NCBI GenBank assembly: GCA_023244895.1
Contig: JAHFLL010000001.1
Coordinates: 553,802-617,801 of the forward strand
Source of the DNA: Candidatus Liptonbacteria bacterium
GTDB lineage: Bacteria; Patescibacteriota; Minisyncoccia; UBA6257; 2-01-FULL-56-20
DNA: 64,000 nucleotides
Direction: 5' to 3'
Of the stretch, positions 8,941 through 18,147 are shown one piece after another. The first letter of the stretch is position 1, and each line of letters begins with the position of its first letter. Made by a program: the position numbers and the translations under genes. Below the pieces are notes generated by a model. That model ran no database searches. It had not been told where the DNA came from and saw only the letters and a program-made list of their open reading frames with translations.

Positions 8941-9732
8941 CTAGCCGCCCCCCGCCGCCATTTTTACGATTTCCGGGTTAACTATATCCGCCATCTCCTC
9001 GTATGGAATATCTAGCGATTGCGGACCAGCCACATAGGGCGCTACCTGATACACATTGAAGATTAGCGTAAGCCTATCCTTGCCAAAATTATACACGACA
9101 TAATTCTCCGGATTGGGCTCTGTGCCGGACATCACAAACTCTTCTACGTAATATTCCTGCATTTTATCTTTCAAGATGGTCCTGGATTTTTCCGAAAGGA
9201 AAGACAAGTAGTTACTGTCTTTACGGAACAAGTCCGCTAAAATTATGGGCTTATTTTCTTTGAGATTGTAATTGAAGGAAGAGATTACTCCTAGTCCGTG
9301 GGCGGATCCGGAAATGTAAGAGTACGAGCTAAAGTTTAGGCTGAGCAAGTCGCGGGTCTGATTTACAATCTCATATCCGGAATCAAAGGTGCTCGCATGC
9401 TCAAAGCCCTCCAAGGCCATTTCTGAAACCTGTTTCTTAAATTCTCCTACCTGACGTTCCATTTCTTGCTGGATAAAGTTGTTCACGCTTGCGTCCACTT
9501 CCCTATTCTTCAGGTCGGAAAATACCGGATACTTAACGGATACTTTATAAGTAGTGGTACTTTCCTTTATTTCCAGATCCTTATGGGTCGGATCGGGCGC
9601 GGATTGGGCGGGGCTAGGAATTGTCGTCTGGGGATTTATTTTCGGAGGTGCTATAACCAAAACCCAAATCAGCCCGGCAAGAGCTAAGCCTCCTAAAACT
9701 ATTAAACCAAGCAAAATAAATCTGTTTTGCAT
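8941..9732 (-). CDS. DUF3298/DUF4163 (RsiV-like) membrane-anchored protein
   Basis: N-terminal TM, YISGSAHG and FNVYQVAPYVAGPQ motifs. Confidence 0.82.
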   Translation of the reverse strand: MQNRFILLGLIVLGGLALAGLIWVLVIAPPKINPQTTIPSPAQSAPDPTHKDLEIKESTTTYKVSVKYPVFSDLKNREVDASVNNFIQQEMERQVGEFKKQVSEMALEGFEHASTFDSGYEIVNQTRDLLSLNFSSYSYISGSAHGLGVISSFNYNLKENKPIILADLFRKDSNYLSFLSEKSRTILKDKMQEYYVEEFVMSGTEPNPENYVVYNFGKDRLTLIFNVYQVAPYVAGPQSLDIPYEEMADIVNPEIVKMAAGGG

Positions 9733-9768
9733 ATTCTATTATCCTAAACTTTATCCCATAAAACGCAA

Positions 9769-9798
9769 AGCGGAGACGGGATAAATCCCATCTCCGCT
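9769..9798 (-). terminator. Terminator after the cupin gene
   Basis: Minus strand AGCGGAGATGGGAT / ATCCCGTCTCCGCT followed by TTGCGTTTT. Confidence 0.6.
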
Positions 9799-9824
9799 CA
9801 AGGCCAATTCCAACCACTCCAATC

Positions 9825-10220
9825 TTACTCCGTGGTCTTGCCGTCAAAATGCTCTTCTTGGGCGGTTGCTTCCGCCTTGGTGGCGCGCAGAATACCGTCT
9901 TGATGTTCCGGCGGAGAGTAAATAGTATAGAGCTTCATCGGCTCCGTCTGCGAACCATTTATGATGTTGTGGCGCGCGCCGGCCGGAACCACGATGGCGG
10001 AACCATCCGCAATCACATGCTCTACTCCATCCAAAACCGCCTTGCCCACTCCCGCTTCCACCCGCAAGAACTGGTCCAAAGTATGCACCTCCTCCCCAAT
10101 GTCCTCCCCGGGCGCCAAGCTCATCACCACCAATTGGCTATGTTTGCCGGTATAGAGCACCTTGCGGAAGTTGGTGTTGTCTATGGTTATTTTCTCAATG
10201 TTGTCTACGTATCCTTTCAT
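9825..10220 (-). CDS. Cupin domain protein
   Basis: GEDIGEEVH..DQF and VPAGARHNIIN motifs. Confidence 0.9.
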   Translation of the reverse strand: MKGYVDNIEKITIDNTNFRKVLYTGKHSQLVVMSLAPGEDIGEEVHTLDQFLRVEAGVGKAVLDGVEHVIADGSAIVVPAGARHNIINGSQTEPMKLYTIYSPPEHQDGILRATKAEATAQEEHFDGKTTE

Positions 10221-10250
10221 AATTTTATTTGGTTTTTATCGACCAAATCA

Positions 10251-10469
10251 TTATAGCACCTCCAAGACCTTGTTTCTCCCCTTCCCGCCGCGTGATATAG
10301 AAATAAGACTCTGCGGAACCCCCAGATGCTTGGCCACCGCTTTTATAACCGCCCGGTTCGCCTTGCCGTCCGTGGGCGCGGCAGTAACCCAAACCTCTAG
10401 AGACCCGTTATCCAATTGGATCACTCTTTCCGAGCCGGAGCTTGGCTTAACCTTTATGCTTAATCTCAT
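10251..10469 (-). CDS. DUF167 (YggU) family protein
   Basis: VKP...APTDGKAN...GGKGRNK pattern. Confidence 0.9.
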   Translation of the reverse strand: MRLSIKVKPSSGSERVIQLDNGSLEVWVTAAPTDGKANRAVIKAVAKHLGVPQSLISISRGGKGRNKVLEVL

Positions 10470-10517
10470 ATATTTAATCTTGGAACAATACCTATAAAGT
10501 ATGCTAAAGTCCTAAAT

Positions 10518-11690
10518 ATGAAAAGAGCCCTTATTCTATTCTCAATCGCCTTCTTTATCCTGCCCCAAATATCCCTTGCCGCATCCGCCAAGTTTACTTA
10601 TGGCGCCTGGATTCCATTCTGGAAAAAAACCTCGGGCGTGCAGGAGATAACCGACCACATCATCCAATTCCAACAGATAAGCCCCTTCTCCTACGAAACC
10701 GACAAGACCGGCAAGCCGATAGATAAACTGAAGATAGACGAAGGTTTTTGGCCGATGTGGCTTTTGGCTATTCGCGACCTCAAAATAAAAGTAATTCCTT
10801 CTATCGCCTGGTTTGACGGAGATGGCCTGCACGCGCTCTTGTCCAATACTAAAAATCGGCGCGCTCACGCGGACAACCTGGTCAAACTCGCGGTAGATAA
10901 AAAATTTGATGGCATAGATATTGATTATGAGAATAAAAACACCGAGACAAAAAAATATTTCTCTTTATTCATAGAAGGACTTTCCCAAAAATTACACGCT
11001 AAAAAGAAAATCCTGACTTGCACCATAGAGCCACGCATGCCACTCGCGGATAAATTTAAAGTTGTGCCCGCCGACCCCGGCTACGCTAATGATTATGTGG
11101 CGATAAATAAATACTGCGACCAGGTGCGCATTATGGCTTACGACCAGGGCGTAATTGACCTAAAACTGAACGCTAAAAAGGGTCAAGCCAATTTCTACGC
11201 TCCGGTAGCCGACCCGGAATGGGTCGCGAAGGTTATTAAAGAAACGGCCAAGACCGTGAGTCGCAAGAAAATAATCCTTGGTATCCCAACCTACGGCTAC
11301 GAATACGAGGTGGTCCGTTCCGGAGATTCTCTAATTTATAGGAGAATGCGCAGTCATACCTACTCCCAAGCCATAGAGCGCGCGAGCTCGCTCGGCCTCA
11401 CGCCCTATCGCAACAATGCCGGTGAAATGAGCTTCATTTACACGACCAGCACTACCGCTCAGATTTCCAACGCCCTGACCTTTCGAGTAGACCTTGGTTC
11501 CACCTCTACTATAACCACGACCACCAACACCTCCTCAACTCCGGTTATAAGCCAGAGGTTTGTAAGCTATACCGACGCGCAAGCGATAAAAGATAAAATT
11601 GATTTGGCCAAAAAGGAAGGTTTAGCGGGAGTAATTTTGTTTAAGCTGGACGGCGAAACCGACCCCGGGCTTTGGGAAAAGATTAAGTAG
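10518..11690 (+). CDS. Secreted glycoside hydrolase family 18
   Basis: Signal peptide, FDGIDIDYE catalytic motif, IMAYD, LGIPTYGY. Confidence 0.9.
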   Translation: MKRALILFSIAFFILPQISLAASAKFTYGAWIPFWKKTSGVQEITDHIIQFQQISPFSYETDKTGKPIDKLKIDEGFWPMWLLAIRDLKIKVIPSIAWFDGDGLHALLSNTKNRRAHADNLVKLAVDKKFDGIDIDYENKNTETKKYFSLFIEGLSQKLHAKKKILTCTIEPRMPLADKFKVVPADPGYANDYVAINKYCDQVRIMAYDQGVIDLKLNAKKGQANFYAPVADPEWVAKVIKETAKTVSRKKIILGIPTYGYEYEVVRSGDSLIYRRMRSHTYSQAIERASSLGLTPYRNNAGEMSFIYTTSTTAQISNALTFRVDLGSTSTITTTTNTSSTPVISQRFVSYTDAQAIKDKIDLAKKEGLAGVILFKLDGETDPGLWEKIK

Positions 11691-11718
11691 TTAGAACTTA
11701 GGACTTAGGACTTAGCGG
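11691..11718. repeat. Heptamer tandem repeat (TTAGnnn)x4
   Basis: ttagaac ttaggac ttaggac ttagcgg. Confidence 0.7.
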
Positions 11719-11791
11719 AGGGGGCTTAGTCGCCAAGATTCGCATACCTAAACGAAGGGGGTGTTTTTTAGTTATCCCCAATGGGGCATAT

Positions 11792-11821
11792 TTGACACAT
11801 ATACCCCCCTGGGGGTATTAT
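11792..11821 (+). promoter_or_regulatory. Promoter with CsoR-type operator between -35 and -10
   Basis: TTGACA (11792) and TATTAT (11816); palindrome ATACCCCC-CT-GGGGGTAT at 11801-11818 has the C/G-tract form of CsoR operators. Confidence 0.85.
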
Positions 11822-11827
11822 AGAAAT

Positions 11828-12094
11828 ATGATAAAAAACAACAAACACAGACTTGTCCGGCGTCTCAAAATCATTGAGGGCCAGATTCGGGGCCTGCAGG
11901 AAATGCTCCTTAAAGATAAGTATTGCATTGATGTCATCACTCAAACCAGCGCCGTAAAGCAGGGCTTGTCCAGCATTGAAGATATTCTCATGGAAAACCA
12001 CCTGGGCACATGTGCCCTGCACCAGATGCAGTCCGGTCAGGTAGAGAAGGCTAAAAAAGAAATACTCAAGGTCTATCAGCTAAAGAGAAAATAG
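11828..12094 (+). CDS. csoR: Copper-sensing repressor, CsoR family
   Basis: RLKIIEGQIRGLQEM, YC...HLGTC Cys-His-Cys ligands; start moved to ATG 11828 because 11792 is the -35 box. Confidence 0.88.
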   Translation: MIKNNKHRLVRRLKIIEGQIRGLQEMLLKDKYCIDVITQTSAVKQGLSSIEDILMENHLGTCALHQMQSGQVEKAKKEILKVYQLKRK

Positions 12095-12099
12095 GCTTT

Positions 12100-14358
12100 A
12101 TGGCGAAACAAATTTTAAAAATAAAGGGCATGCACTGCGCGAGTTGTGCGGGCATTATTGAGAATAGGATATCCAAATTAGAAGGAGTAAATAAGGTCAG
12201 TGTTAACTTCGCGTCCGAGAAGGCTTTCATAGATTCGGACAATGCTAGCCTAGACCAAATGAATGATGTAGTCGGCAAGCTCGGATATACGCTCTATTCC
12301 GAACACGAAGAGATGGACGTAGATCACTCTGTTCATGTAATGGACAAGGGAACGGAAGAAAGCAAATTACAAGAACTCAAGTCTCAAAAGATGAAAGTGG
12401 CGTTCTCCTTCCCGCTGGCCATCTTAATGTTCGGGCTCATGATGTGGGACATAGCCACGAAATACTTCCCCACCCTACCGGCGACACCAATCTCTATGGA
12501 ACTTTTGAACGCTCTTAGCATGATCCTGGCCAGCATAGTCATGTTCTGGGTCGGCCAACCGTTTTTATTGGGCGTTCTCAGGTTTATTCGCTATCGAGTC
12601 GCGAACATGGATACCTTGGTCGGTATCGGAACACTTTGCGCCTATGTTTATAGCGCCCTCATCACCCTATTACCGTCCCTACGCGTGGCGCTGGGCAATC
12701 CTAGCAATACCTATTTTGACGTCACTATCGTGGTTATAGGATTCGTAACTTTGGGCAAATATCTGGAAGCTAAATCCAAGCTTAGAACCGGCGAGGCCAT
12801 AGAAAAACTGCTCGGCCTACAGGCTAAAACCGCTTTAATCTGGCGGGACGGCAAAGAGCTGGAGATACCCATCGCGGAGGTTGTCGTGGGAGATATCATT
12901 ATCGTCAAACCGGGCGGCAAAATCCCGGTGGACGGTAAAATAGTTGAGGGGCGGTCCTCAATAGATGAATCTATGATCTCGGGTGAGTCCATCCCGGTTG
13001 ATAAAAACATAGGAGACTTAGTGCTCGGTGCAACCATCAACAAGCAGGGTAGCTTCAAATTCCAAGCCGCAAAAATAGGATCAGATACTGTGCTCGCGCA
13101 AATAATCAGGATGGTAGAAGAAGCCCAAGGATCCAAGGCTCCCATCCAAGCTCTGGCCGACAGGGTCTCCGCTGTCTTCACCCCTATTGTACTTGTCGTA
13201 GCAACACTGTCCCTTATCGTCTGGTTAGGGGCAGGATATTCCACTCTGGGATTATCCTCCGCCCTCTCCTACGGGATACTTTCTTTTGTAGGAGTCTTGG
13301 TTATAGCCTGCCCCTGCGCCTTGGGCCTCGCAACGCCTACCGCAATAATCGTGGGCGTGGGCAAGGGCGCAGGCCAGGGAATTCTTATCAAGAATGCGGA
13401 AAGCCTAGAAAAGCTTAGTAACGCAGATACGATCGTGTTGGACAAGACCGGCACCATCACTAAGGGTCAGCCGGAAGTAAGCGATATAGTGGTTTTAGAA
13501 AAAGATATTAAGGAGAGAGAGTTGCTTCAACTAGCGGCTAGTGTAGAGAAAAAATCCGAGCATCCGCTCGCGCAAGCGATAACGGACAACGCTGTAATGA
13601 AAAATATCGCCATCTTACCCACAGATAATTTTTCCGCCCAAGAAGGAGTTGGAGTAACAGGGGTGGTGTCAGGTAAAAACATTTCCGTGCGCAAGCCGGG
13701 CAGAGAGGACAACGAACCACGGCTAAAAGAGTTGCAGAATGAGGGCAAGACGGTAGTAGTATTAGAGATAGACAATCGTAAGGCGGGGTTAATTGCTATA
13801 AGCGACACCCTTAAAGACGAGGCCAAAGAAGCGATTACCAAGATTCACAAAATGGGCATTAAGGTAATCATGTTAACCGGCGACAATCGCTCCGCCGCGG
13901 AACATATTGCCAAACAGGTAGGCATAGATGAAGTGATTGCGGAAGTGCTACCCCAAGAGAAAGCCGAGAAGATAAAATCTCTTCAGGCTCAGGGTCGCAA
14001 AGTTATTATGGCGGGAGACGGCATAAATGACGCGCCAGCACTTACCCAGGCGGATGCAGGCATTGCCATGGCGACTGGCACGGATGTCGCCATTGAATCG
14101 GCCGGTATCACTCTGCTCCACGGAAATATTGGTAAAATTTCCCAAGCGATAGAATTGTCTCGTGCTACTATCCGCACGGTGCGGCAAAATCTCTTCTGGG
14201 CATTTATCTACAACGTGGTCGGTATTCCAATCGCGGCCGGAGTCCTCTACCCCATCTGGGGAATATCGCTCAATCCTGTCTTCGCGGGATTAGCCATGGC
14301 TTTTTCTAGCGTGTCCGTGGTTGGAAATTCATTAAGATTAAAAACTAAAAAAATATAA
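12100..14358 (+). CDS. copA: Cu(I)-translocating P1B-type ATPase
   Basis: GMHCASC metal-binding domain, CPC, DKTGT, SEHP, GDGINDAP, YN...MAFSS. Confidence 0.95.
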   Translation: MAKQILKIKGMHCASCAGIIENRISKLEGVNKVSVNFASEKAFIDSDNASLDQMNDVVGKLGYTLYSEHEEMDVDHSVHVMDKGTEESKLQELKSQKMKVAFSFPLAILMFGLMMWDIATKYFPTLPATPISMELLNALSMILASIVMFWVGQPFLLGVLRFIRYRVANMDTLVGIGTLCAYVYSALITLLPSLRVALGNPSNTYFDVTIVVIGFVTLGKYLEAKSKLRTGEAIEKLLGLQAKTALIWRDGKELEIPIAEVVVGDIIIVKPGGKIPVDGKIVEGRSSIDESMISGESIPVDKNIGDLVLGATINKQGSFKFQAAKIGSDTVLAQIIRMVEEAQGSKAPIQALADRVSAVFTPIVLVVATLSLIVWLGAGYSTLGLSSALSYGILSFVGVLVIACPCALGLATPTAIIVGVGKGAGQGILIKNAESLEKLSNADTIVLDKTGTITKGQPEVSDIVVLEKDIKERELLQLAASVEKKSEHPLAQAITDNAVMKNIAILPTDNFSAQEGVGVTGVVSGKNISVRKPGREDNEPRLKELQNEGKTVVVLEIDNRKAGLIAISDTLKDEAKEAITKIHKMGIKVIMLTGDNRSAAEHIAKQVGIDEVIAEVLPQEKAEKIKSLQAQGRKVIMAGDGINDAPALTQADAGIAMATGTDVAIESAGITLLHGNIGKISQAIELSRATIRTVRQNLFWAFIYNVVGIPIAAGVLYPIWGISLNPVFAGLAMAFSSVSVVGNSLRLKTKKI

Positions 14359-14360
14359 CT

Positions 14361-15386
14361 ATGTCCGAGCAAAAAACATACACTTTTCACGTCAGCGGCA
14401 TGCACTGTAAGGCCTGCACCCTACTGATAGAAGAAAATCTTAAGGAAGCCAAGGGGGTAAGCGCCGTTACCGCTGACTTAGCGCGTAATCAGGTTGTTGT
14501 TACCGGAGAATCGGAGCTGGAACCGATCTTGCTCGCGGAAGAACTTACCAAGCTGGTCAAAAACAATGGCTACACCATATCGCTTGAGGCGCCTGCGCCC
14601 AATCGCAAGTGGGCGGATTTTAAGTACGCCTTACCAATCGCGGGGATAGTTATTGCTCTATTTCTGTTTCTTCAAAAATTGGGCCTAGTGAACCTGATTA
14701 ATTCCTCGCAAGTAGGCTACGGCACCGCGCTTTTAATCGGATTAATCGCATCCGTGTCAACTTGTCTCGCGGTAGTAGGTGGATTAGTACTATCCGTTTC
14801 CGCGAACTACGCTAAAACTGGCGGGAGCGCTCGTCCCCAGATTTTTTTCCACATGGGTCGCATCCTTAGCTTCTTTGTGTTGGGCGGACTGTTGGGCGGA
14901 CTGGGTAGCTCCTTCGCCTTAGGACAAACCGGCACGCTTATTTTAAGTATCTTCGTGGGATTGGTCATGTTGCTCTTGGGAATAAATCTTTTAGATGTTT
15001 TTCACGTTGCCCGGCGGCTCACAATCTCTCTGCCCAAATCTTGGTCTAAGATAAGCAAACCGAAAATGACCGCGCAGAACGCGCTTATGCCTTTCCTTCT
15101 GGGCGGAGCCACCTTTTTTCTACCCTGTGGATTTACGCAGGCTATGCAAATTTACGCGCTCACAACCGGCAATTTTATGCAGGGCGGACTCATAATGCTT
15201 GTATTCGCCCTCGGCACCTTGCCCATGCTCGCGCTCTTATCTTTTAGCTCGGTTAATATCAACAATAAACCCTGGCGCGGAATATTCTTTAAGGCGGCCG
15301 GAATATTAGTGATTGTTCTCGCCATCTTTAACCTATTAAACGCTCTCGCAGTTACTGGTATGATTAACCCCATATTTAATTTTTAG
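14361..15386 (+). CDS. HMA domain plus sulfite exporter TauE/SafE (DsbD_2)-like membrane protein
   Basis: GMHCKAC at the N-terminus, STCLAVVGG and LPCGFTQ membrane motifs. Confidence 0.85.
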   Translation: MSEQKTYTFHVSGMHCKACTLLIEENLKEAKGVSAVTADLARNQVVVTGESELEPILLAEELTKLVKNNGYTISLEAPAPNRKWADFKYALPIAGIVIALFLFLQKLGLVNLINSSQVGYGTALLIGLIASVSTCLAVVGGLVLSVSANYAKTGGSARPQIFFHMGRILSFFVLGGLLGGLGSSFALGQTGTLILSIFVGLVMLLLGINLLDVFHVARRLTISLPKSWSKISKPKMTAQNALMPFLLGGATFFLPCGFTQAMQIYALTTGNFMQGGLIMLVFALGTLPMLALLSFSSVNINNKPWRGIFFKAAGILVIVLAIFNLLNALAVTGMINPIFNF

Positions 15387-15392
15387 GCAGCT

Positions 15393-15788
15393 ATGGAAAA
15401 AAACACTTCGCTCGCGCTTTTATTGGGGACGTTTCTCGTCTTGTTCGCTATTTGGTACGCCAGCTCTGGCTCGCCTCCCAACAATCTCCCTCCCTCCCCT
15501 ACTTCAGTCTCAATCGTAAACGGCGTCCAAATAATAGAAGTTTTAGCGCGGGGAGGATACTCTCCTAGAAGCATAGAGGCTAAGGCGGGCGTGCCCACCG
15601 TGCTTAAGGTCAAAACTCAAAACACCTTTGATTGCTCCGCTGCTCTAGTTATCCCTCAAATGAGTTATCGTAAAGTACTCTCTCCCTCCGGCACAGAAGA
15701 AATACAAATACCGACCGAAAAAGCCCAGGGCACACTCAAGGGCATGTGCGGTATGGGCATGTACGGATTTGAGATAAATTTTCGCTAA
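15393..15788 (+). CDS. Cupredoxin domain protein
   Basis: N-terminal TM, GGYSP, DCS, C-terminal CGMGM. Confidence 0.85.
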   Translation: MEKNTSLALLLGTFLVLFAIWYASSGSPPNNLPPSPTSVSIVNGVQIIEVLARGGYSPRSIEAKAGVPTVLKVKTQNTFDCSAALVIPQMSYRKVLSPSGTEEIQIPTEKAQGTLKGMCGMGMYGFEINFR

Positions 15789-15904
15789 GCCTGGCCAATA
15801 ACCCGCAGATAAACCCATCCTCCCAAGAAGGCCAAGGAGGTCATTATTAAAAAGAAAACCGTCCCTTCTATGATGTGGGGTAGATATTTACGCAACTTAC
15901 GCAT
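15785..15904 (-). CDS. Unannotated 39-aa single-pass membrane protein
   Basis: MRKLRKYLPHIIEGTVFFLIMTSLAFLGGWVYLRVIGQA*, positive N-terminus then a hydrophobic helix. Confidence 0.55.
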   Translation of the reverse strand: MRKLRKYLPHIIEGTVFFLIMTSLAFLGGWVYLRVIGQA

Positions 15905-16043
15905 ATACGCTTAATTCTAATATAAAAACATATTTCGGGTTAGTGTCTCGCGTCAATCTTTATATAGACGAGCAATTGGACTATGCGGAGAAAAAAGATA
16001 TAATTTCTGAAACAGCTTGTATTAAAAAATAACTCACAAAAAC

Positions 16044-16292
16044 ATGGAAAGAATTAGTCCCCTCCCGGGAGATGACCCTGAAAAAATAAGGTTGGCCAAT
16101 GCCCTCTTGGCGGAGAAGGAAAGCGAATTGGCGCTAGCGGCAACGAATAAGGGTTTATCTCAGATGGCAAAAGACCCCAAAGAGAAAGATAAAATTCGTA
16201 AAGAGATGGAAGCATTGGGAGTTAAGTTTTATCCCAACGTGCCTGCGTCCCAGAACCAGAAGCCTTCCCCGGATAATAGGATCGGCGGCTAG
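16044..16292 (+). CDS. Hypothetical protein, 82 aa
   Basis: Open frame with A-rich leader and upstream TATAAT. Confidence 0.6.
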   Translation: MERISPLPGDDPEKIRLANALLAEKESELALAATNKGLSQMAKDPKEKDKIRKEMEALGVKFYPNVPASQNQKPSPDNRIGG

Positions 16293-16308
16293 CTTTATCT
16301 CTTAAATA

Positions 16309-17268
16309 CTAGTCCACTTTTATCTTAGACAAGAAAACTTGGACCGCCTTTACCTGGTCAAAATTATGGATGGAGACGGTTAGAATTTCCTTCTTAACCG
16401 ATTTCAGGGATTTTTTTATTTCCGCTATCTTCTTTTCATCCACCGTATCCGATTTGGAGAGAATTATGTATTCTGATTTCTTCAAAAGTTTTTTGCTGTA
16501 CGTGCCTAATTCTTTGCGGATTATTTTGTAATCCCTAAGCGCGTCATCCGTTCCGCAATCAATAAAATGAAAGAGTGTTTTGGTCCGCTCAATGTGACGC
16601 AAGAATTTTACGCCCAATCCCTTGCCGGAAGACGCTCCCTCAATAATACCCGGGATGTCCGCCAGGATCAGATCGTGATAAACACCGAGATGCGGCTCGA
16701 GCGTGGTAAAGGGATAATTCGCGACCCTGCTTTGGGAGTTCGTCATCTCGTTCAAAAAACTGGACTTACCCACGTTGGGCAGTCCGATTAAGCCAATATC
16801 CGCTATCAGTTTAAGTTCCAAGTGCAAATCAAATTCCTCGCCGGGCAGGCCGGATTGGAACTGTTTGGGAGAAGTGTTGGTAGATGATTTGTATTGATAA
16901 TTCCCTTTGCCGCCCTTGCCGCCCTTCGCTATTAATATCCTCTCACCCGACTTGGTCAGCTCAAATTCCTCACCGGAAGTTAAGTTTTTTACCCAAGTTC
17001 CGCGCGGAACCGGTAGAATCAAATCCTGACCGTCGTGGCCGTCTCTTAGAGCAGAACGACCGTCTCTGCCGTCTTCCGCCCGAAAGCTCTTCTCGGAGCG
17101 ATATTTGCGCAAAGCGCCTATATCCACCACCGCTTCTAGATAGACGCTGCCTCCCCTGCCTCCACTCCCGCCGGTCGGACCAAGGGTCATTTTTACGCCA
17201 CTAAAAGTAGACGCGCCTACGCCGCCATGACCACCCGACACCTTTAGGGATATGTTATCTATCAACAT
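16309..17268 (-). CDS. obgE: GTPase Obg
   Basis: Gly-rich Obg fold, GLPNVGKS, YPFTT, DIPG; start set at MLIDN (17268). Confidence 0.95.
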   Translation of the reverse strand: MLIDNISLKVSGGHGGVGASTFSGVKMTLGPTGGSGGRGGSVYLEAVVDIGALRKYRSEKSFRAEDGRDGRSALRDGHDGQDLILPVPRGTWVKNLTSGEEFELTKSGERILIAKGGKGGKGNYQYKSSTNTSPKQFQSGLPGEEFDLHLELKLIADIGLIGLPNVGKSSFLNEMTNSQSRVANYPFTTLEPHLGVYHDLILADIPGIIEGASSGKGLGVKFLRHIERTKTLFHFIDCGTDDALRDYKIIRKELGTYSKKLLKKSEYIILSKSDTVDEKKIAEIKKSLKSVKKEILTVSIHNFDQVKAVQVFLSKIKVD

Positions 17269-17352
17269 CGTTTCTGCAGTATAGAGGAGGAGTGGATATA
17301 AATCCAATTGAAACTGTTCCAGTTTTGCCGTTACTAGACTATAATTATCCGC

Positions 17353-18129
17353 ATGCTCACATTTATTTCCGCGCTCATCTTGGGAGTAATAGAAGGATTC
17401 ACGGAATTTCTGCCCATATCCTCCACCGCTCATCTTAATTTGGTTTCCAACTTGCTGGGGCTAGAGCAAGACAACTACTTGAAAACTTTTGAGATTGCCA
17501 TTCAGAGCGGCGCGATTCTGGCCGTTCTGTTTTTATACTGGCGCAAATTTACCAACAAGGACGTTCTAAAGAAATTGGTCGTGGCCTTTATCCCGACCGG
17601 TATCTTGGGACTTGTCCTCTACCCTTTTGTTAAAGAATATATGATTGGTAACACCACCTTGGTCTTGTGGTCGCTCGCGATTGGCGGATTACTCTTACTG
17701 CTGTTTGAAAAAGTTCATCTGGAAAACGACCAAGCCCAGGACTTGGCGCACATAGACTACAAAAAGTCTCTCTGGATAGGACTCTTCCAATCTCTCGCCA
17801 TGATTCCGGGAGTCTCGCGCGCGGGCGCGACCATCGTGGGCGGAATGCTACTGGGCTTACGCCGGGAAATAATCGTGGAGTTCTCCTTCTTATTAGCGGT
17901 ACCGACTATGCTTGCCGCAACCGGACTTGACCTCTTAAAGAACTGGGAATTTTTCTCCCCGGACCAATTCTATCTTTTGGGAATTGGACTCCTGGCGTCT
18001 TTCTTTATGGCAGTTTTGAGCATTAAGTTCCTTCTAAGTTATATCCGCCGGCACGACTTTACCGTCTTTGGCATATATCGCATTCTCCTGGTGGTAATCT
18101 TTCTCCTAATCGGCTGGTTCGGCTGGTAA
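17353..18129 (+). CDS. uppP: Undecaprenyl-diphosphate phosphatase
   Basis: EGFTEFLPISSTAH and PGVSRAG motifs. Confidence 0.96.
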   Translation: MLTFISALILGVIEGFTEFLPISSTAHLNLVSNLLGLEQDNYLKTFEIAIQSGAILAVLFLYWRKFTNKDVLKKLVVAFIPTGILGLVLYPFVKEYMIGNTTLVLWSLAIGGLLLLLFEKVHLENDQAQDLAHIDYKKSLWIGLFQSLAMIPGVSRAGATIVGGMLLGLRREIIVEFSFLLAVPTMLAATGLDLLKNWEFFSPDQFYLLGIGLLASFFMAVLSIKFLLSYIRRHDFTVFGIYRILLVVIFLLIGWFGW

Positions 18130-18147
18130 TGTGGTAAAATTCAAGCA

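Noticed and set aside
11691-11718. CRISPR array (also 59376-59446)
   Set aside because: 7-nt tandem units without spacers; no cas genes
17269-17433. N-terminal extensions of obgE (likewise csoR, the ABC exporter, pth, dprA and the 8589 ORF)
   Set aside because: The extensions overlap promoters or neighbouring genes; downstream ATGs match the family N-termini
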